From the NCBI RefSeq assembly GCF_018398935.1, contig NZ_CP074694.1:5520001-5552000 (forward strand): DNA of 32,000 nt, in the 5' to 3' direction. Source of the stretch: Telmatocola sphagniphila (lineage in GTDB: Bacteria; Planctomycetota; Planctomycetia; Gemmatales; Gemmataceae). The first letter of the stretch is position 1; every line of letters begins with the position of its first letter. Shown here one piece after another: positions 15,855 through 26,800 of the stretch. Under the pieces are notes generated by a model. The model made no database searches and was not told where the DNA came from. It saw only the letters and a program-made list of their open reading frames with translations. Position numbers and translations under genes: made by a program.

Positions 15855-15969
15855 CGGTCAGCGATCTCCACCCCCACCTTTGAACTCCGATCTCCCAACC
15901 CGTACGCTAATAAGTACCCAGGTAGAGCGAGCGAATATTCGGATGCCATGAGGGCGGGAGTCAACGAGC

Positions 15970-16686
15970 GTGGGTTTACGCGATCCTTTCAGTTCTATTT
16001 CTCATCTTCTGACTGCGATTTGGGCACTGTACGTCACCGTTCTGATGCTGCGACAATCGCATCGGAATTCGATGAAGCGCTTCTCCACCTTTGTCTACGG
16101 CCTCTCAATGGTCTGCCTCTACTCGGCCAGCGGTCTGTTCCATGCGCTACCGATCAGCCAGGAAGCCCATCCCCTCGCTTTTCGGTTTTTCCAGCGGCTC
16201 GACATGTCGGCCATTTACATTCTGATCGCCGGGACCAATACGCCGATCATCGTCATGCTCCTGCGCGGCTTCCCGCTCAGAGCCAGCATCTGCATCATGT
16301 GGATGCTCGCCTTCAGTGCGGTACTGGTGCTCTGGATCCTGGAAAAGCCGCCGCATTACGTCATCGTGATTATCAGTCTGAGCATGGGCTGGATAGGTAT
16401 TCTGCCGATGGTCTACTACTACCGGGCCGTCGGGTCCTGGGCGATGAACTACGTCTGGGTGGGCGGCATCCTCTATAGTCTGGGGGCGACCTGCGAATTG
16501 ACCGAATGGCCCGAGAATATGTACATTCCGTTCCGGTTCGGCTCGCATGAAGTCTTTCACGTTTTCAGCTCGGCCGGTAGTTTCGCGTTCTATTTTTTCA
16601 TCAGCCGGCACGTTATTCCGTACAGCGGACCGGATCATTTGGAAGTGCCTCCCGAGGCCCGGTCGGACTCCACGAGTCCGGTCTGA
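15970..16686 (+). CDS. hemolysin III / PAQR-family membrane protein
   Basis: 238-aa seven-TM-like protein. The N-terminal SSISHLL, DMSAIYILIAGTNTP and C-terminal SHEVFHVFS histidine motifs are typical of the HlyIII/PAQR family. Confidence 0.8.
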   Translation: MGLRDPFSSISHLLTAIWALYVTVLMLRQSHRNSMKRFSTFVYGLSMVCLYSASGLFHALPISQEAHPLAFRFFQRLDMSAIYILIAGTNTPIIVMLLRGFPLRASICIMWMLAFSAVLVLWILEKPPHYVIVIISLSMGWIGILPMVYYYRAVGSWAMNYVWVGGILYSLGATCELTEWPENMYIPFRFGSHEVFHVFSSAGSFAFYFFISRHVIPYSGPDHLEVPPEARSDSTSPV

Positions 16687-16932
16687 TTTCCGCGTGAGAA
16701 ATCTGATATTCAGGCTACAGGTTTTTCGAATGAACCAGATTCATTCGCTCGTCAAACAATTTTTCACTCAATCATGAAATCTTCTCGCGCAGAACTCGAA
16801 AATCAGACAATCGCAAGAATATTTGCTTTGCAAGTTGCCTGCGCTGCTTTTTTATCGCAAATTTCCAATAGTTAGTATTCCGCAATCTCTCCCACCACGT
16901 GGACGTGTCGGAAACTCGCAAGGAATTCTTGG

Positions 16933-19740
16933 ATGAAGGACGAACCTACGCACCTGTTGCGTGCGGTCAGTAATCCCAAAGATACCGGAAAGGTCAGCCC
17001 GGCTCACCGGGTGCAATCGGCCGCGCAGTTTATCGACATGTCTGAGATCCTGGTAACCTCGATCGCGACCTATCGCATGGAAGGGATATTGGGCCGGGGC
17101 GGCATGGGAACGGTTCACAAAGCCCGCGATTTGCATCTGGACCGGGATGTCGCCCTGAAAGTATTGAATTTCTCCACGGCTCCTGAGAATCCGCTTTATC
17201 CGAAAACAAACGAGTTGTCGACCTACGATCGGTTTTTGCAGGAAACGCGAATCGCGGCCCAATTGCAGCATCCCAATATTCCCCCGGTGTACGATTCGGG
17301 GGAGTTGCCCGACGGCCGACCCTTCTTGGCCATGAAGCTGATCCGAGGCCGGAATCTGGCCGATCTGCTGGCCGAGCGTTCGACCCCCAATGCGTTTTCG
17401 CCGCGCGATCTGGGGATTTTCGAACAGATTTGCCAGGCGATTGCCTATGCGCACAGTCAGAATGTGATTCACCGCGATTTGAAACCTTCCAACATCATGG
17501 TCGGTGCCTTCGGGGAAGTGCAGGTGATGGACTGGGGGGTCAGCCGAATCCTGTCCCCCGGCCAGGCTTCCAATCCCTCCATCGAACTTCCGGAACTCCC
17601 CCACTCCGAAGAAACCGATCCGACGAGATCGCCGTTAGACATTGAAACTTATGCCGGCTCCATGGTCGGCACCGCCTCTTTCATTCCTCCCGAGCAAGCC
17701 CGCGGCGAACGGGATCTGATGGATCGTCAGTCGGACGTGTTCGGGCTGGGAGCAATCCTGGCGGTGATTCTCACGGGACATCCGCCGTATATCGGCCAGG
17801 AGGGGACTCAGGTCCGGTTCCATGCGATGCAGGGTCGGCTGGCCGACTGCTACGAGCGATTACGGCAATCGAAAGCCGATCCGGAATGGATCGAGCTGGC
17901 CATCGCCTGTTTGCAGCCCGAGCGGGCGAAGCGTCCTCTGGATGCCGGTGTAGTCGCGGAGCGAGTGCGGCTGATTCGCGAGAAATCGGAAGAGCGGGCA
18001 CGCCGGGCCGAAATCGAGAGTGCTCAGGCGAGTGTGCGCATCCGGGAGGAGCGCAAGCGCCGCTATATGACGCTGATCCTGACCAGCAGCCTGCTGGTCG
18101 GTCTGCTCTTCGCCGGATTTGTTTACCTGTATTTGTTGCGGTTGGAGGCCGAGCAACGGCAGGTGGATCAGTACCGCCTGGCCATGGAGATCCAGCAGCA
18201 CAACACCTCGCAGGCGGAAGAACTTCGTCGCCAGGAAATCACCCGCAATTCCGTGAAGCTCGGCTTAAAGGAAGTCAACGCACTCGAGGAGCGTGGAGCC
18301 TGGGAACGGGCCAGGGACTTGCTGTTGCATCAGAAAGAGCTCGTCGAAACTTTCTACGAAGCTTCGCTGAAAGAGGAGGTACTCAAGGCTCAAGTCGACC
18401 TGAATTTTCTGCGGGAGATGGATGAGATTCGGTTGACTAAATACGAGGCGACGTTCGATCCCGTGGTGATCACTGAAGCGAATCGGAACTATGCGGAATT
18501 TTTCCGAAAGCAGCAACTCCTCTCCGCTAAGAAAAACAACATTGCCGAATCGGCCAAAAAGTTGCTGGATTCCCCGAGAAAGAAAGAACTTATCGATGCG
18601 CTTCTGGATTGGATGGCGCACGAACGCAATCGAAATGTCACCACTCAGATCAATCAAATCCTGCATCTGGCGACGAGTGCTTTTTATCGCGATCTCAATT
18701 ACCTGAATGAAGTGCAGAACCGGAATTTTATCGCGGTAGCCGATCAGCTTTTGCAAAGTGATGCCGGCCCCTCCGACTTCATTCGCATTGCCTTCCTGTT
18801 TAAAAGTCACAAAGATCAAATCGGCTTTCTGGAACGCGCGCTGATTAAATTTCCCGCGGATTTCTGGCTGCAGTACGCCCTGGCCGATATCTACATCCTG
18901 CAAAAAAATACCACCCGCGGCATTGGGATCATTCGAGCCGTGCTGACCCTGCGCCCGGAAGCCTACCCGGCCTGGAATACTCTCGGAAAATTGTTGATGG
19001 ACGCCCGCGATTTCGATCTGGCGAACATCTGTTTCGAGAAAGCAGAGGAGCTCGGCGGCGCCTCGGCCCGGAACTACTTCTATCGCGGCAACCTGCATCG
19101 GGCACGCGGCGACAAAGAGACCGCGCTGAATTGGTATCAACGGGCGCTGGATCTGGATTGCACCTCACCCGCCATTTGGGCCGGGCTCGGCCGACTCGAA
19201 GGGGAACTGAAGCTGGGAGATCCCGAATCGTGCTTCCGCACGGCTCTGAAATTCAACCCGAAGAGCGAGGAGGCTCTGGAATTTCTGGGGAACTATCTCT
19301 TTGAAGAGGGACGCCTGGAAGAATCGTTAGTCTACCGGAAAAGGCACGCCGAACTCAAACCGTACGACAGTACGCTACTCGCCCAATATGGCGAAGTGCT
19401 CATTACTCTCAAGCGTTTCGACGAAGCCACGCCTGTAGTGGAAAAAGCGATTCAGCAATATCCGAGAAACCCGCTGGCACAGAATCTCCTGGGCCAGTTG
19501 TTGCTGCAGAAAGAGAAGCCACCCAAGCAGGCACTGACCCACTTTTCTCTGGCGGTCGCTTTAGAACCACTGAATGAAAAATTCTCCGCCGATTATGTGA
19601 CGGCCCTGCTTTCAGTTCCGGATCCGGTCGGAGCGGAAAGAGAAAAGCAGCGATTGAAGCAGGAATTGGAAAAGGAAAAGCAGAAGAAGCTCAAGGAAAT
19701 GGAAAATCATCTGACCCAGCCGACTCCGTCGAAAAATTGA
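16933..19740 (+). CDS. Ser/Thr protein kinase with TM helix and C-terminal TPR-repeat domain
   Basis: Hanks-kinase motifs are GRGGMGTVHKA, VALKVL, HRDLKPSNIM, DWG (a DFG variant) and a PPEQ APE-like motif. One TM helix is LILTSSLLVGLLFAGFVYLYLL. TPR-like repeats occupy the last approx. 350 aa (e.g. AWNTLGKLLMDARDFDLANICFEKAEEL, YFYRGNLHRARGDKETALNWYQRALDLD). Confidence 0.9.
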   Translation: MKDEPTHLLRAVSNPKDTGKVSPAHRVQSAAQFIDMSEILVTSIATYRMEGILGRGGMGTVHKARDLHLDRDVALKVLNFSTAPENPLYPKTNELSTYDRFLQETRIAAQLQHPNIPPVYDSGELPDGRPFLAMKLIRGRNLADLLAERSTPNAFSPRDLGIFEQICQAIAYAHSQNVIHRDLKPSNIMVGAFGEVQVMDWGVSRILSPGQASNPSIELPELPHSEETDPTRSPLDIETYAGSMVGTASFIPPEQARGERDLMDRQSDVFGLGAILAVILTGHPPYIGQEGTQVRFHAMQGRLADCYERLRQSKADPEWIELAIACLQPERAKRPLDAGVVAERVRLIREKSEERARRAEIESAQASVRIREERKRRYMTLILTSSLLVGLLFAGFVYLYLLRLEAEQRQVDQYRLAMEIQQHNTSQAEELRRQEITRNSVKLGLKEVNALEERGAWERARDLLLHQKELVETFYEASLKEEVLKAQVDLNFLREMDEIRLTKYEATFDPVVITEANRNYAEFFRKQQLLSAKKNNIAESAKKLLDSPRKKELIDALLDWMAHERNRNVTTQINQILHLATSAFYRDLNYLNEVQNRNFIAVADQLLQSDAGPSDFIRIAFLFKSHKDQIGFLERALIKFPADFWLQYALADIYILQKNTTRGIGIIRAVLTLRPEAYPAWNTLGKLLMDARDFDLANICFEKAEELGGASARNYFYRGNLHRARGDKETALNWYQRALDLDCTSPAIWAGLGRLEGELKLGDPESCFRTALKFNPKSEEALEFLGNYLFEEGRLEESLVYRKRHAELKPYDSTLLAQYGEVLITLKRFDEATPVVEKAIQQYPRNPLAQNLLGQLLLQKEKPPKQALTHFSLAVALEPLNEKFSADYVTALLSVPDPVGAEREKQRLKQELEKEKQKKLKEMENHLTQPTPSKN

Positions 19741-20078
19741 GTTTTCCCGCGAGCCGGGAAGCCACATCGTTCATTGAAACAACCTACCGTTTTCTGGTAA
19801 AATGATTTACGGCACAACCTACTTCCGCGGTTGTGCTCCCAGGGTCGAAAAGGCTGGGCGCTTCAATCGATTTCCATGCCCCGGAGACAGCTGGGATTTT
19901 TTCCGTCAAAGCACTTAAAGGTCATCAAAATCGCGTTCGCCACTATCACAAATTTGATGATCTGATGACCTTTACAGGAAATGCAGTACAAAAATCGGTT
20001 TTTCCAGCGAGGAATCTCCCGCCTACTCTGCTGAAATCTCACTTCCAGATTTTTCAAATCCCATAAATTATCCTCACT

Positions 20079-21293
20079 ATGAAGTACGCGATTATTATTC
20101 CGGATGGCTGTGCGGATGAGCCGCAGCCGGGCTTGGGAAACCAGACTCCGCTTCAGGCGGCGCGATTGCCGAACATGGATGCGATCGTCCGCCAGGGAGT
20201 ATGTGGCCGATCCAACAATGTGCCGCAGCCGTTGACCCCGGCCAGCGATGTGGCGACTCTCAGTCTGTTCGGTTACGATCCGCTGCAAGTCTACACCGGG
20301 CGGGCTCCGCTGGAGACGGTGGCCCTGGGGATCGAGCTCGGTCCACAAGATTGGGCCATCCGCTGCAACTTGGTGAATATCGTCGACGGCAAGATGAAAG
20401 ATTTCACGGCCGGGCACATCAACAATGCCGACGGCGCCCGGTTGATGCCGACGATTCAGGAAAAGCTGGGCGGCGCTACGCCCGGCGGCCGACTGGAATT
20501 CTTCCAGGGAGTGCAGTACCGCAATATCCTGGTGTTCCGGGCTCCGGTTCAGCCGGCCCCGTTCGGTAAAGAAACCAAAACTCAGCCGCCGCACGATATA
20601 CCCGATCAGCCGATTGAGGGTTACCTGCCGCAGGGACCGGGCAGCGAGTTGCTTCGACAATTGATGCAAGCCAGCATTCCCCTCTTGGCCGGTCATCCGG
20701 TGAATCGGGAGCGCATCGCCCGGGGTGAAAAACCGGCCACGCAAATCTGGTTGTGGGGCCAGGGTATTTCGCCGACGGTCGAGAAGTACGCCAAAACCTA
20801 CGGCCCGCAGGGGGCCATTATTTCCGCCGTCGATCTGGTGCGCGGCACCGGCATGCTGATCGGCTGGAAGCGCATCGACTCCCCGGGAGCCACCGGCTAC
20901 TTCGATACCGATTACGCCGCCAAGGGACGGACGGGCATTGAAGCTCTGAAGAGCCACGATGTCGTCTGCGTTCATGTGGAAGCGCCGGATGAAGCTTCGC
21001 ACGAGGGCAAGGCGGATGAGAAAATTCTCGCTCTGGAGCGCATCGACGAGCACATCGTCGGACCGTTGCACGCCGCACTGAAAACCTACGGCGATTATCG
21101 GATTCTGGTCTCTCCCGATCATCGCACGCCCTTGCGAACGCGGTCGCATGCTTATGGTGCTGTACCGTTCGCCATTTGCGGTACGGGGATTTCATCGAAG
21201 GGCCAAAACAGTTACGATGAAGTTGTGGCCGCCGCGAGCGATCTGGAATTCGATCCCGGCTGGAAGTTGATGAAATGGTTCCTCGGCAAGTAA
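20079..21293 (+). CDS. apgM: 2,3-bisphosphoglycerate-independent phosphoglycerate mutase, archaeal-type
   Basis: MKYAIIIPDGCADEP...TPLQAARLPNMDAIV...SDVATLSLFGYDP..YTGRAPLE...AIRCNLV and the C-terminal VHVEAPDEASHEG...SPDH follow the ApgM / metalloenzyme-superfamily pattern. Confidence 0.85.
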   Translation: MKYAIIIPDGCADEPQPGLGNQTPLQAARLPNMDAIVRQGVCGRSNNVPQPLTPASDVATLSLFGYDPLQVYTGRAPLETVALGIELGPQDWAIRCNLVNIVDGKMKDFTAGHINNADGARLMPTIQEKLGGATPGGRLEFFQGVQYRNILVFRAPVQPAPFGKETKTQPPHDIPDQPIEGYLPQGPGSELLRQLMQASIPLLAGHPVNRERIARGEKPATQIWLWGQGISPTVEKYAKTYGPQGAIISAVDLVRGTGMLIGWKRIDSPGATGYFDTDYAAKGRTGIEALKSHDVVCVHVEAPDEASHEGKADEKILALERIDEHIVGPLHAALKTYGDYRILVSPDHRTPLRTRSHAYGAVPFAICGTGISSKGQNSYDEVVAAASDLEFDPGWKLMKWFLGK

Positions 21294-21332
21294 CCGGTAT
21301 AGAATGACATCAGCTCGAAACGAGAATCCTTT

Positions 21333-22088
21333 ATGATACGCTCACTGTTCGGACTAGCTCTGTTCCTCGGCTTCGTCCAATTCGCCGGGGCCCAGGATAC
21401 CGGCAAGAAGATCACCATTCGCTGGTACGGCCAGTCGTTCTTTCAGATCGAAACCAGCGACAAGACGCTGATTGTCACCGACCCGCATGCGATGCCGGAG
21501 TATAACCGCAACGTGGTACGGGCCGATCTGGTGACCTGCAGTCACATGCACAGCGATCACGTTCAGGTGGAAATCCTGGAGAACAGTAAGGAGGCCAAGA
21601 TTTACTACGGCCTCGATCCGAAGTCGAAGCGATCGATCTTCAACCCGATCAGTGCGAAGTTCAAAAATGTGACCTTCTACGACGTCGAATCGGATCACGA
21701 TCCCGATGGAGGTATGACCCGGGGCAAAAACGCGATATTCGTCTTCGAAGTGGACGGGTTGCGGATATGCCACTTGGGGGATCTGGGAACGATTCTGGAC
21801 GAAAAGCAGATCAAGCAGATCGGCAAAGTCGATATTTTACTAATCCCTATCGGCGGCGTTTACACAATCAATGGTGAAAAAGCCAAAGAGGTCGTCCGGC
21901 AATTGAAGCCGCGCCTATACATTATCCCGATGCACTATGGGACCAAGGTGCTCGACAGCCTCCAACCCCCGGACGAGTTTCTGGAAGGCCAGAAAAACGT
22001 CAAAAAATTGGAGGATACCAACGCTTTGACAATTCCCGTGGATCTCAAACAGGATAATCCCGTGATTGTCCTTTTAGGCTGGAAGTGA
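21333..22088 (+). CDS. secreted MBL-fold metal-dependent hydrolase
   Basis: Signal peptide MIRSLFGLALFLGFVQFAGAQD. The motifs WYGQSFFQIET...IVTDPH and SHMHSDH (an HxHxDH variant) and the later CHLGDLG are typical of the UPF0173 / beta-lactamase-fold family. Confidence 0.75.
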   Translation: MIRSLFGLALFLGFVQFAGAQDTGKKITIRWYGQSFFQIETSDKTLIVTDPHAMPEYNRNVVRADLVTCSHMHSDHVQVEILENSKEAKIYYGLDPKSKRSIFNPISAKFKNVTFYDVESDHDPDGGMTRGKNAIFVFEVDGLRICHLGDLGTILDEKQIKQIGKVDILLIPIGGVYTINGEKAKEVVRQLKPRLYIIPMHYGTKVLDSLQPPDEFLEGQKNVKKLEDTNALTIPVDLKQDNPVIVLLGWK

Positions 22089-22097
22089 GCGATATCG

Positions 22098-22517
22098 ATG
22101 GCTGGTGTGAACCCTTATATCAAGGCGGCGAAAACGGAACTCCCGGTGAAAAAATTCACGATTACTTTTAATATCGAAGAGACCAAAGAGGTAAAAGTTT
22201 TCGAGGTGGACCCGGCCAAGCTGCCTTATGGCCGCACGGGTCTCGAAGGCAGCATTCTGGATATTGCCTACGGCGCGAACGTGGAAATCGATCACTCCTG
22301 CGGCGGCGTTTGTGCCTGTGCCACCTGCCACGTGCAAATCACCAAGGGACTGGAAAGCTGCAACAAGGCCACCGAGGACGAAGAAGACATGCTCGATACC
22401 GCCCGCGGCCTGACCACCGAATCCCGCCTGGGCTGCCAGTGCGTGCCCAACGGCACGCAGGATGTGGTAGTGACCATCCCGGCCTGGAACAAAAACATGG
22501 TCAAGGAAGGGCACTAA
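22098..22517 (+). CDS. fdx: [2Fe-2S] ferredoxin, adrenodoxin/ISC-Fdx type with N-terminal extension
   Basis: Cluster ligand motif CGGVCACATCHV plus the downstream SRLGCQ, as in vertebrate-type/ISC ferredoxins. Confidence 0.75.
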   Translation: MAGVNPYIKAAKTELPVKKFTITFNIEETKEVKVFEVDPAKLPYGRTGLEGSILDIAYGANVEIDHSCGGVCACATCHVQITKGLESCNKATEDEEDMLDTARGLTTESRLGCQCVPNGTQDVVVTIPAWNKNMVKEGH

Positions 22518-22529
22518 CGCCCTCGGCCT

Positions 22530-23771
22530 TTATTTCTTGGACAAGCGGTAAATCAGGCCTAGTGAAATCGTGAAGAGGATGCCGTTCGCCAACCAGACCG
22601 CGGGTATTGTCGGCAGTCTGCCGTCCTTGGCGAATTTCGTCCCGCTCATCATGAGCGGATAATAGAGGAAAACGGTCGGCAGGAAGCAGACCATGAACAC
22701 GCTCAGGTAGTCGGCGCGATTGGCCCAGATTCCCACCGGAGCTCCGATCAGCACGAAGCACAGACACCCGAAGGCCAGTGCGGGCCGCAGCTGGAATTCG
22801 GAATTGATGTTCAGAATCATCTTCATATGCTCCCGGGCCGCGACGCTCTGATTCTGGTATTCGACCTGGAAGTTTTTGTAAGTATCGGAGCCTGGCGATA
22901 GTCCTTTCAAATCCTCCGCGACCTTCATCGCCCGGGAGTTGCAGGTTTCGTACTCTTCAAGTTTCTCGGCCTTGCGAGCCTCCAGTTCCAGCCAGGTCAA
23001 AGCGGACGGCCGGTCCCGGGAATCCTTACCGAAAATCTGTTCGGGAATCGGCATGTTCTCCGTTCGATTATCGACTTCCCCCGTAGTTCCCTGATCGCCG
23101 GCGACATGAACGTTCTGCATGTCGACCATCATCAGATTCTGCTCCGGGTCGAGACGCAAGCGAGCTTCGCGAGCCTGTACGATAGCATCATAACCCGCGG
23201 TAGCACGGTTCTGACCTTCCTTCGGTTTGGCCCGCTTCTTGAAGATCACATCGATCAGCCGTTTGCCCTGAACCTCTTTGACGAAAATGGCGTAGTCCAT
23301 ACTCGGATGTCGAAGGCAATTTTCCTGTTGCAGTCGGCTGTAGAGTACGTCTTCGGCTTCGGAAACCAGCAGATTACGCATCAGGCGTTGGGTACGAGGA
23401 ATCAGATCGAGGTAGAGGAAGAAGGTGATGGCGGTGGTCGTCAGTCCGAGCACCAGGGCCGGTTTGAACAGGTGCAGGATATGCACCCCCGCGGAGCGAA
23501 GCACCGTGATTTCGTTGTCGTGAGCCATGCGCCCGTAGACAACGCAGGTGGCGAATAGCGTGGTGGCCGGGATAGTGTAGGGGAGCGTGTTCGGGATGAA
23601 CAGCGGAATGGCCCGGAGAATCTGGGTGGGCGAAAGACCGTTCTTCGCTGCCTCCTGAATCAGCCCCGCCAGCAGGAACATTCCGGTGAGGGCCACCAGG
23701 GAAAGTAAGAAGACCTTCACCAGTTCCTGTAAGATCAACCGACTTAAGATTGTGCCAAACAAGGTATGCAC
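22530..23771 (-). CDS. LptF/LptG-family (YjgP/YjgQ) permease
   Basis: The N-terminus LSRLILQELVKVFLLSLVALTGMFLL, then the LPYTIPATTLFATCVVYGRMAHDNEITVLRSAGV motif, a large periplasmic insert and three C-terminal TM helices match the LptF/G topology. Confidence 0.75.
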   Translation of the reverse strand: MHTLFGTILSRLILQELVKVFLLSLVALTGMFLLAGLIQEAAKNGLSPTQILRAIPLFIPNTLPYTIPATTLFATCVVYGRMAHDNEITVLRSAGVHILHLFKPALVLGLTTTAITFFLYLDLIPRTQRLMRNLLVSEAEDVLYSRLQQENCLRHPSMDYAIFVKEVQGKRLIDVIFKKRAKPKEGQNRATAGYDAIVQAREARLRLDPEQNLMMVDMQNVHVAGDQGTTGEVDNRTENMPIPEQIFGKDSRDRPSALTWLELEARKAEKLEEYETCNSRAMKVAEDLKGLSPGSDTYKNFQVEYQNQSVAAREHMKMILNINSEFQLRPALAFGCLCFVLIGAPVGIWANRADYLSVFMVCFLPTVFLYYPLMMSGTKFAKDGRLPTIPAVWLANGILFTISLGLIYRLSKK

Positions 23772-23826
23772 CTCGATATAAGTCGCAATCGATGCGACGA
23801 ACTAAGTTCACTCTCTACGGGGCGAA

Positions 23827-26800
23827 TTAGCGATCCATCAACCTCTTCAGCGGATCCGTTACGATGGGAACCGGCTGCGATTTATAATCCAGTTTGCCGT
23901 TGAAATCTCCCTGCACGGCAATCTTCAGAAGACTCCGGCTGATACCGGCCGTCAACTTGCTGAGCGGGCTGTTGAGCATGTCGTGAAAGCGGGAAATCGT
24001 ATAGAATTCGAGCTTCACATTGCTGCCGTCCAGATGCATGCCGCCTTCGCCGCCCAAGTTCACCGCATCGCCCAGCAGATCGATCTGTCCAAAGTACAGC
24101 TGGTTGTTCTTGATGCGAAAGCTGGCGTGGGCTTCGTCGAAGAATGTATCGTCCGGCACGTGCAACTTCATCGCCTTCAGCAGATTCAGCAGTTCCGGGA
24201 CGTTCAGGATTTTGCTGCCGTTGGGAATATCGATGCCGCCAATACCTTCGAGCACCGGCTGGCCTTTTTCCTTGTGATCGCAGTTGGTCAGTTTCAAGCG
24301 CCCGTAGGCCAGTCCTTCCAGCCGGGTCTTGGCCTCGAGATTCTGGGAGCGGGCGAATTCGGAAAGCCGCATTCGGGCCGCGGTGAGCTTCAAATTGAAG
24401 TAAGGCTGATCGTCGAGCAGCACCCGGGCTTCGCCCGTCAATTCTCCGCCGTAGACTTTGGCCTGGATGCTGTCGATCAACAGCAGCTTCGGCTGGTCGG
24501 GGGTCATGAACAGGCTGATGATAATATTCTCCACCGGCTGTTTGAGAATCGTGGCCCGTTCCAGAACCAGCTTGCTGGAGATCTTGCCGGGATGGTCGCC
24601 TTCGTAAACGCCGGTGCTGACAAACTGGCCGTAGGCGTTCCTCCAGGGGATGCCGGTGACGAATGAGCCGTTTGTCAGCGTGAGGCGGCCGTCCCAGTAA
24701 ATCGTCGGGTAGTTCAATCGTTGATTGACCAGCGATCGATGCGGCGTCTGCTCCTGTTCGGGCTCCGGCAGGAAATTATTGTAAGCCGCCTGGTACAGAT
24801 CCCTGTGCAGGTTTTTCTTCACCGTCGGCAGATAAGCGGGTTGCGTGGCGGCCTTCTCGGTCACCACGATCCGGTTCGCATTCAAGAGCACCGGGCCCTT
24901 CAGTTCGAGATCTTCTATCGCCTTGCGCAGATCGAGAGGCAGCGCTTTCAGAAACTCCGGTTCGAAAAGAATGTTGGTCGCTTTCAGATCGTTGAGATCG
25001 GCATAGTAACCCCCTTCAGGCGGGATGGTAACGGTAGCCTTCGGCAGTGCGATCACCGTCGACCCGTGCCGTCCTTCGAAGTTTTGAATTTTGATCAAGC
25101 CGTCGAAGAAGGTCAACTGGCCTTTGACGTCCTGAAGCAGATAAGGAAAGAAGGTAGGCCGAATGCTGGCGCCATCGAAGGAAATTCCCAGAGCCAGGTC
25201 CTTGGCCGGGTTGAAAACCGATTCCGTCGCTTTTTCGGTCTTGGCCCGTTCGAAAACGTTGACCAGTATCGTGGAGTTCATCTTGCCCTGCATGTCGAAG
25301 GTCTGCCAGACGCTGTCGATTTTCAATCGGGACAGCGCTTCGCGCAGTTCGAGATCGAAGGGCAGATCTTCCGCTTTAATTTCGAACGAGAGCAGGTTGC
25401 CTCCCGTCGAAGGGACGCGCAGACCATTGATGAACAGCTTGCCGCCGGCGTGCTCGGCGTGGAAGTTGCGGAACTCGATACTTCCAGTGTCATCGTCGTT
25501 GGAGGAGACTTGCGGAATAGGGATTCCCGCCGGGGTCGGCAGCCGGGTGGGGCGTTCGGGTACGGTTCGAATGTAGAGATTGCCGTTCACCTTATGCAGT
25601 GGATAAGGGAAATCGGTGTAGTTGATCGAAGTTTCATAGAGTTGAATGTCGAACGTATTGTCGAAAACGGTCGGCCCGTGATCGCGCCGGGTTTGAGCGT
25701 TGTGGCGGATGGTGGCCACGAAGTTCCCTTTGGCCGAGGGTCGCAGCCGGCGCACTAGCTGCGGGTAGGGTTCCGGCAAAGCTTTGATCAGATCGGCATC
25801 GACTTGCAAACCCTCGCCGCTGATCGTCAGCTTCACATCATTTTCGGGATAATCGCCCCGGATCGTGCCGAGGATTTTCGCGGTCCTGCCCTTGGCGCTG
25901 GCCGTGAGGTCGATGTCCAGTTCGTCCTCTTTACCCGGAATCATAATCAGCTCGATGTGGCCTTTGGCATCCGTCAACGGATAGGGGAATCCTTCATAGC
26001 TTCCGCGGATGCCTCGGGGTAATACGACAACGTGGGTTTCGGCGATATCTTTGAGTCGGTTAAGATGCACTTCGAGATCGGTGGGACCTTCCGGTTTGAA
26101 CATGCGATTGAGAATCTGCAACTTGACCGGCAGCTTCGCAAAGAAAGCATCGTTGAGGACCACATGCTCGACCGACAAATTCAAACGGCGAAAGACATCG
26201 GCGACATTCTTTTCCGGCGGACTTCCCGACTTGGCCACCATGACGAGTGGAACGCTCCGGGAACTCGGCTTCAAGTTGATCTCGCCGTCCATGCCCAGGA
26301 CGCTCTCACCACTGTTCGCCCGCGCCTTCTCGATAAACAGCGTCTCCTCTTTCAAAGTGCCCAGAACGCTCAAGTTCGTCAGGGGGGCCGGCAGATTCGG
26401 GTGCTGGAAGGAGCCCTGCGTCAATTCGAAATGCACGGTCGGATGAAAGGTCAAAGCTGGCCGAGTGGCTCCGGCCAGTTCCAAATCGATGTGGCCCACG
26501 CCGTGCAGCTTCTCCGCGTATTCCTGAATCTCGGGAACATAGGCGCTCAGCCAGTTCAACTGCGCCGGCTCGATCGGCAGTTTTTTCAGACTCGATTTCA
26601 GGTGGAAGCCGTTCTGTTGCTCATCGTAAGTCCCGGCGAATGAGAAATTGCCGAAGAGTTCGCAGCTGCCGAAGCCTTCGATGCGATAGATCGATTTCGG
26701 ATCGTTCACCATCACGACTTTGGGAATGTCGAGATTCAGCGTTCGCGGCGAAGCGGGGCTGTAATCGTCAATTTCCACCTTGGCATTTTTGAGAACGAAG

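Noticed and set aside
16775-16876. 33-codon ORF (MKSSRAELENQTIARIFALQVACAAFLSQISNS) between hlyIII and the kinase gene
   Set aside because: It is too short to support without conservation or expression data.
16852-21149. Long antisense ORFs inside backbone genes (16852..17604-, 18265..19140-, 19863..21149-; likewise 24721..25758+, 26032..26643+, 28014..29123-)
   Set aside because: Each lies opposite a gene with strong family motifs (kinase, ApgM, AsmA-like, MalQ) and has R/G/P-rich shadow composition.
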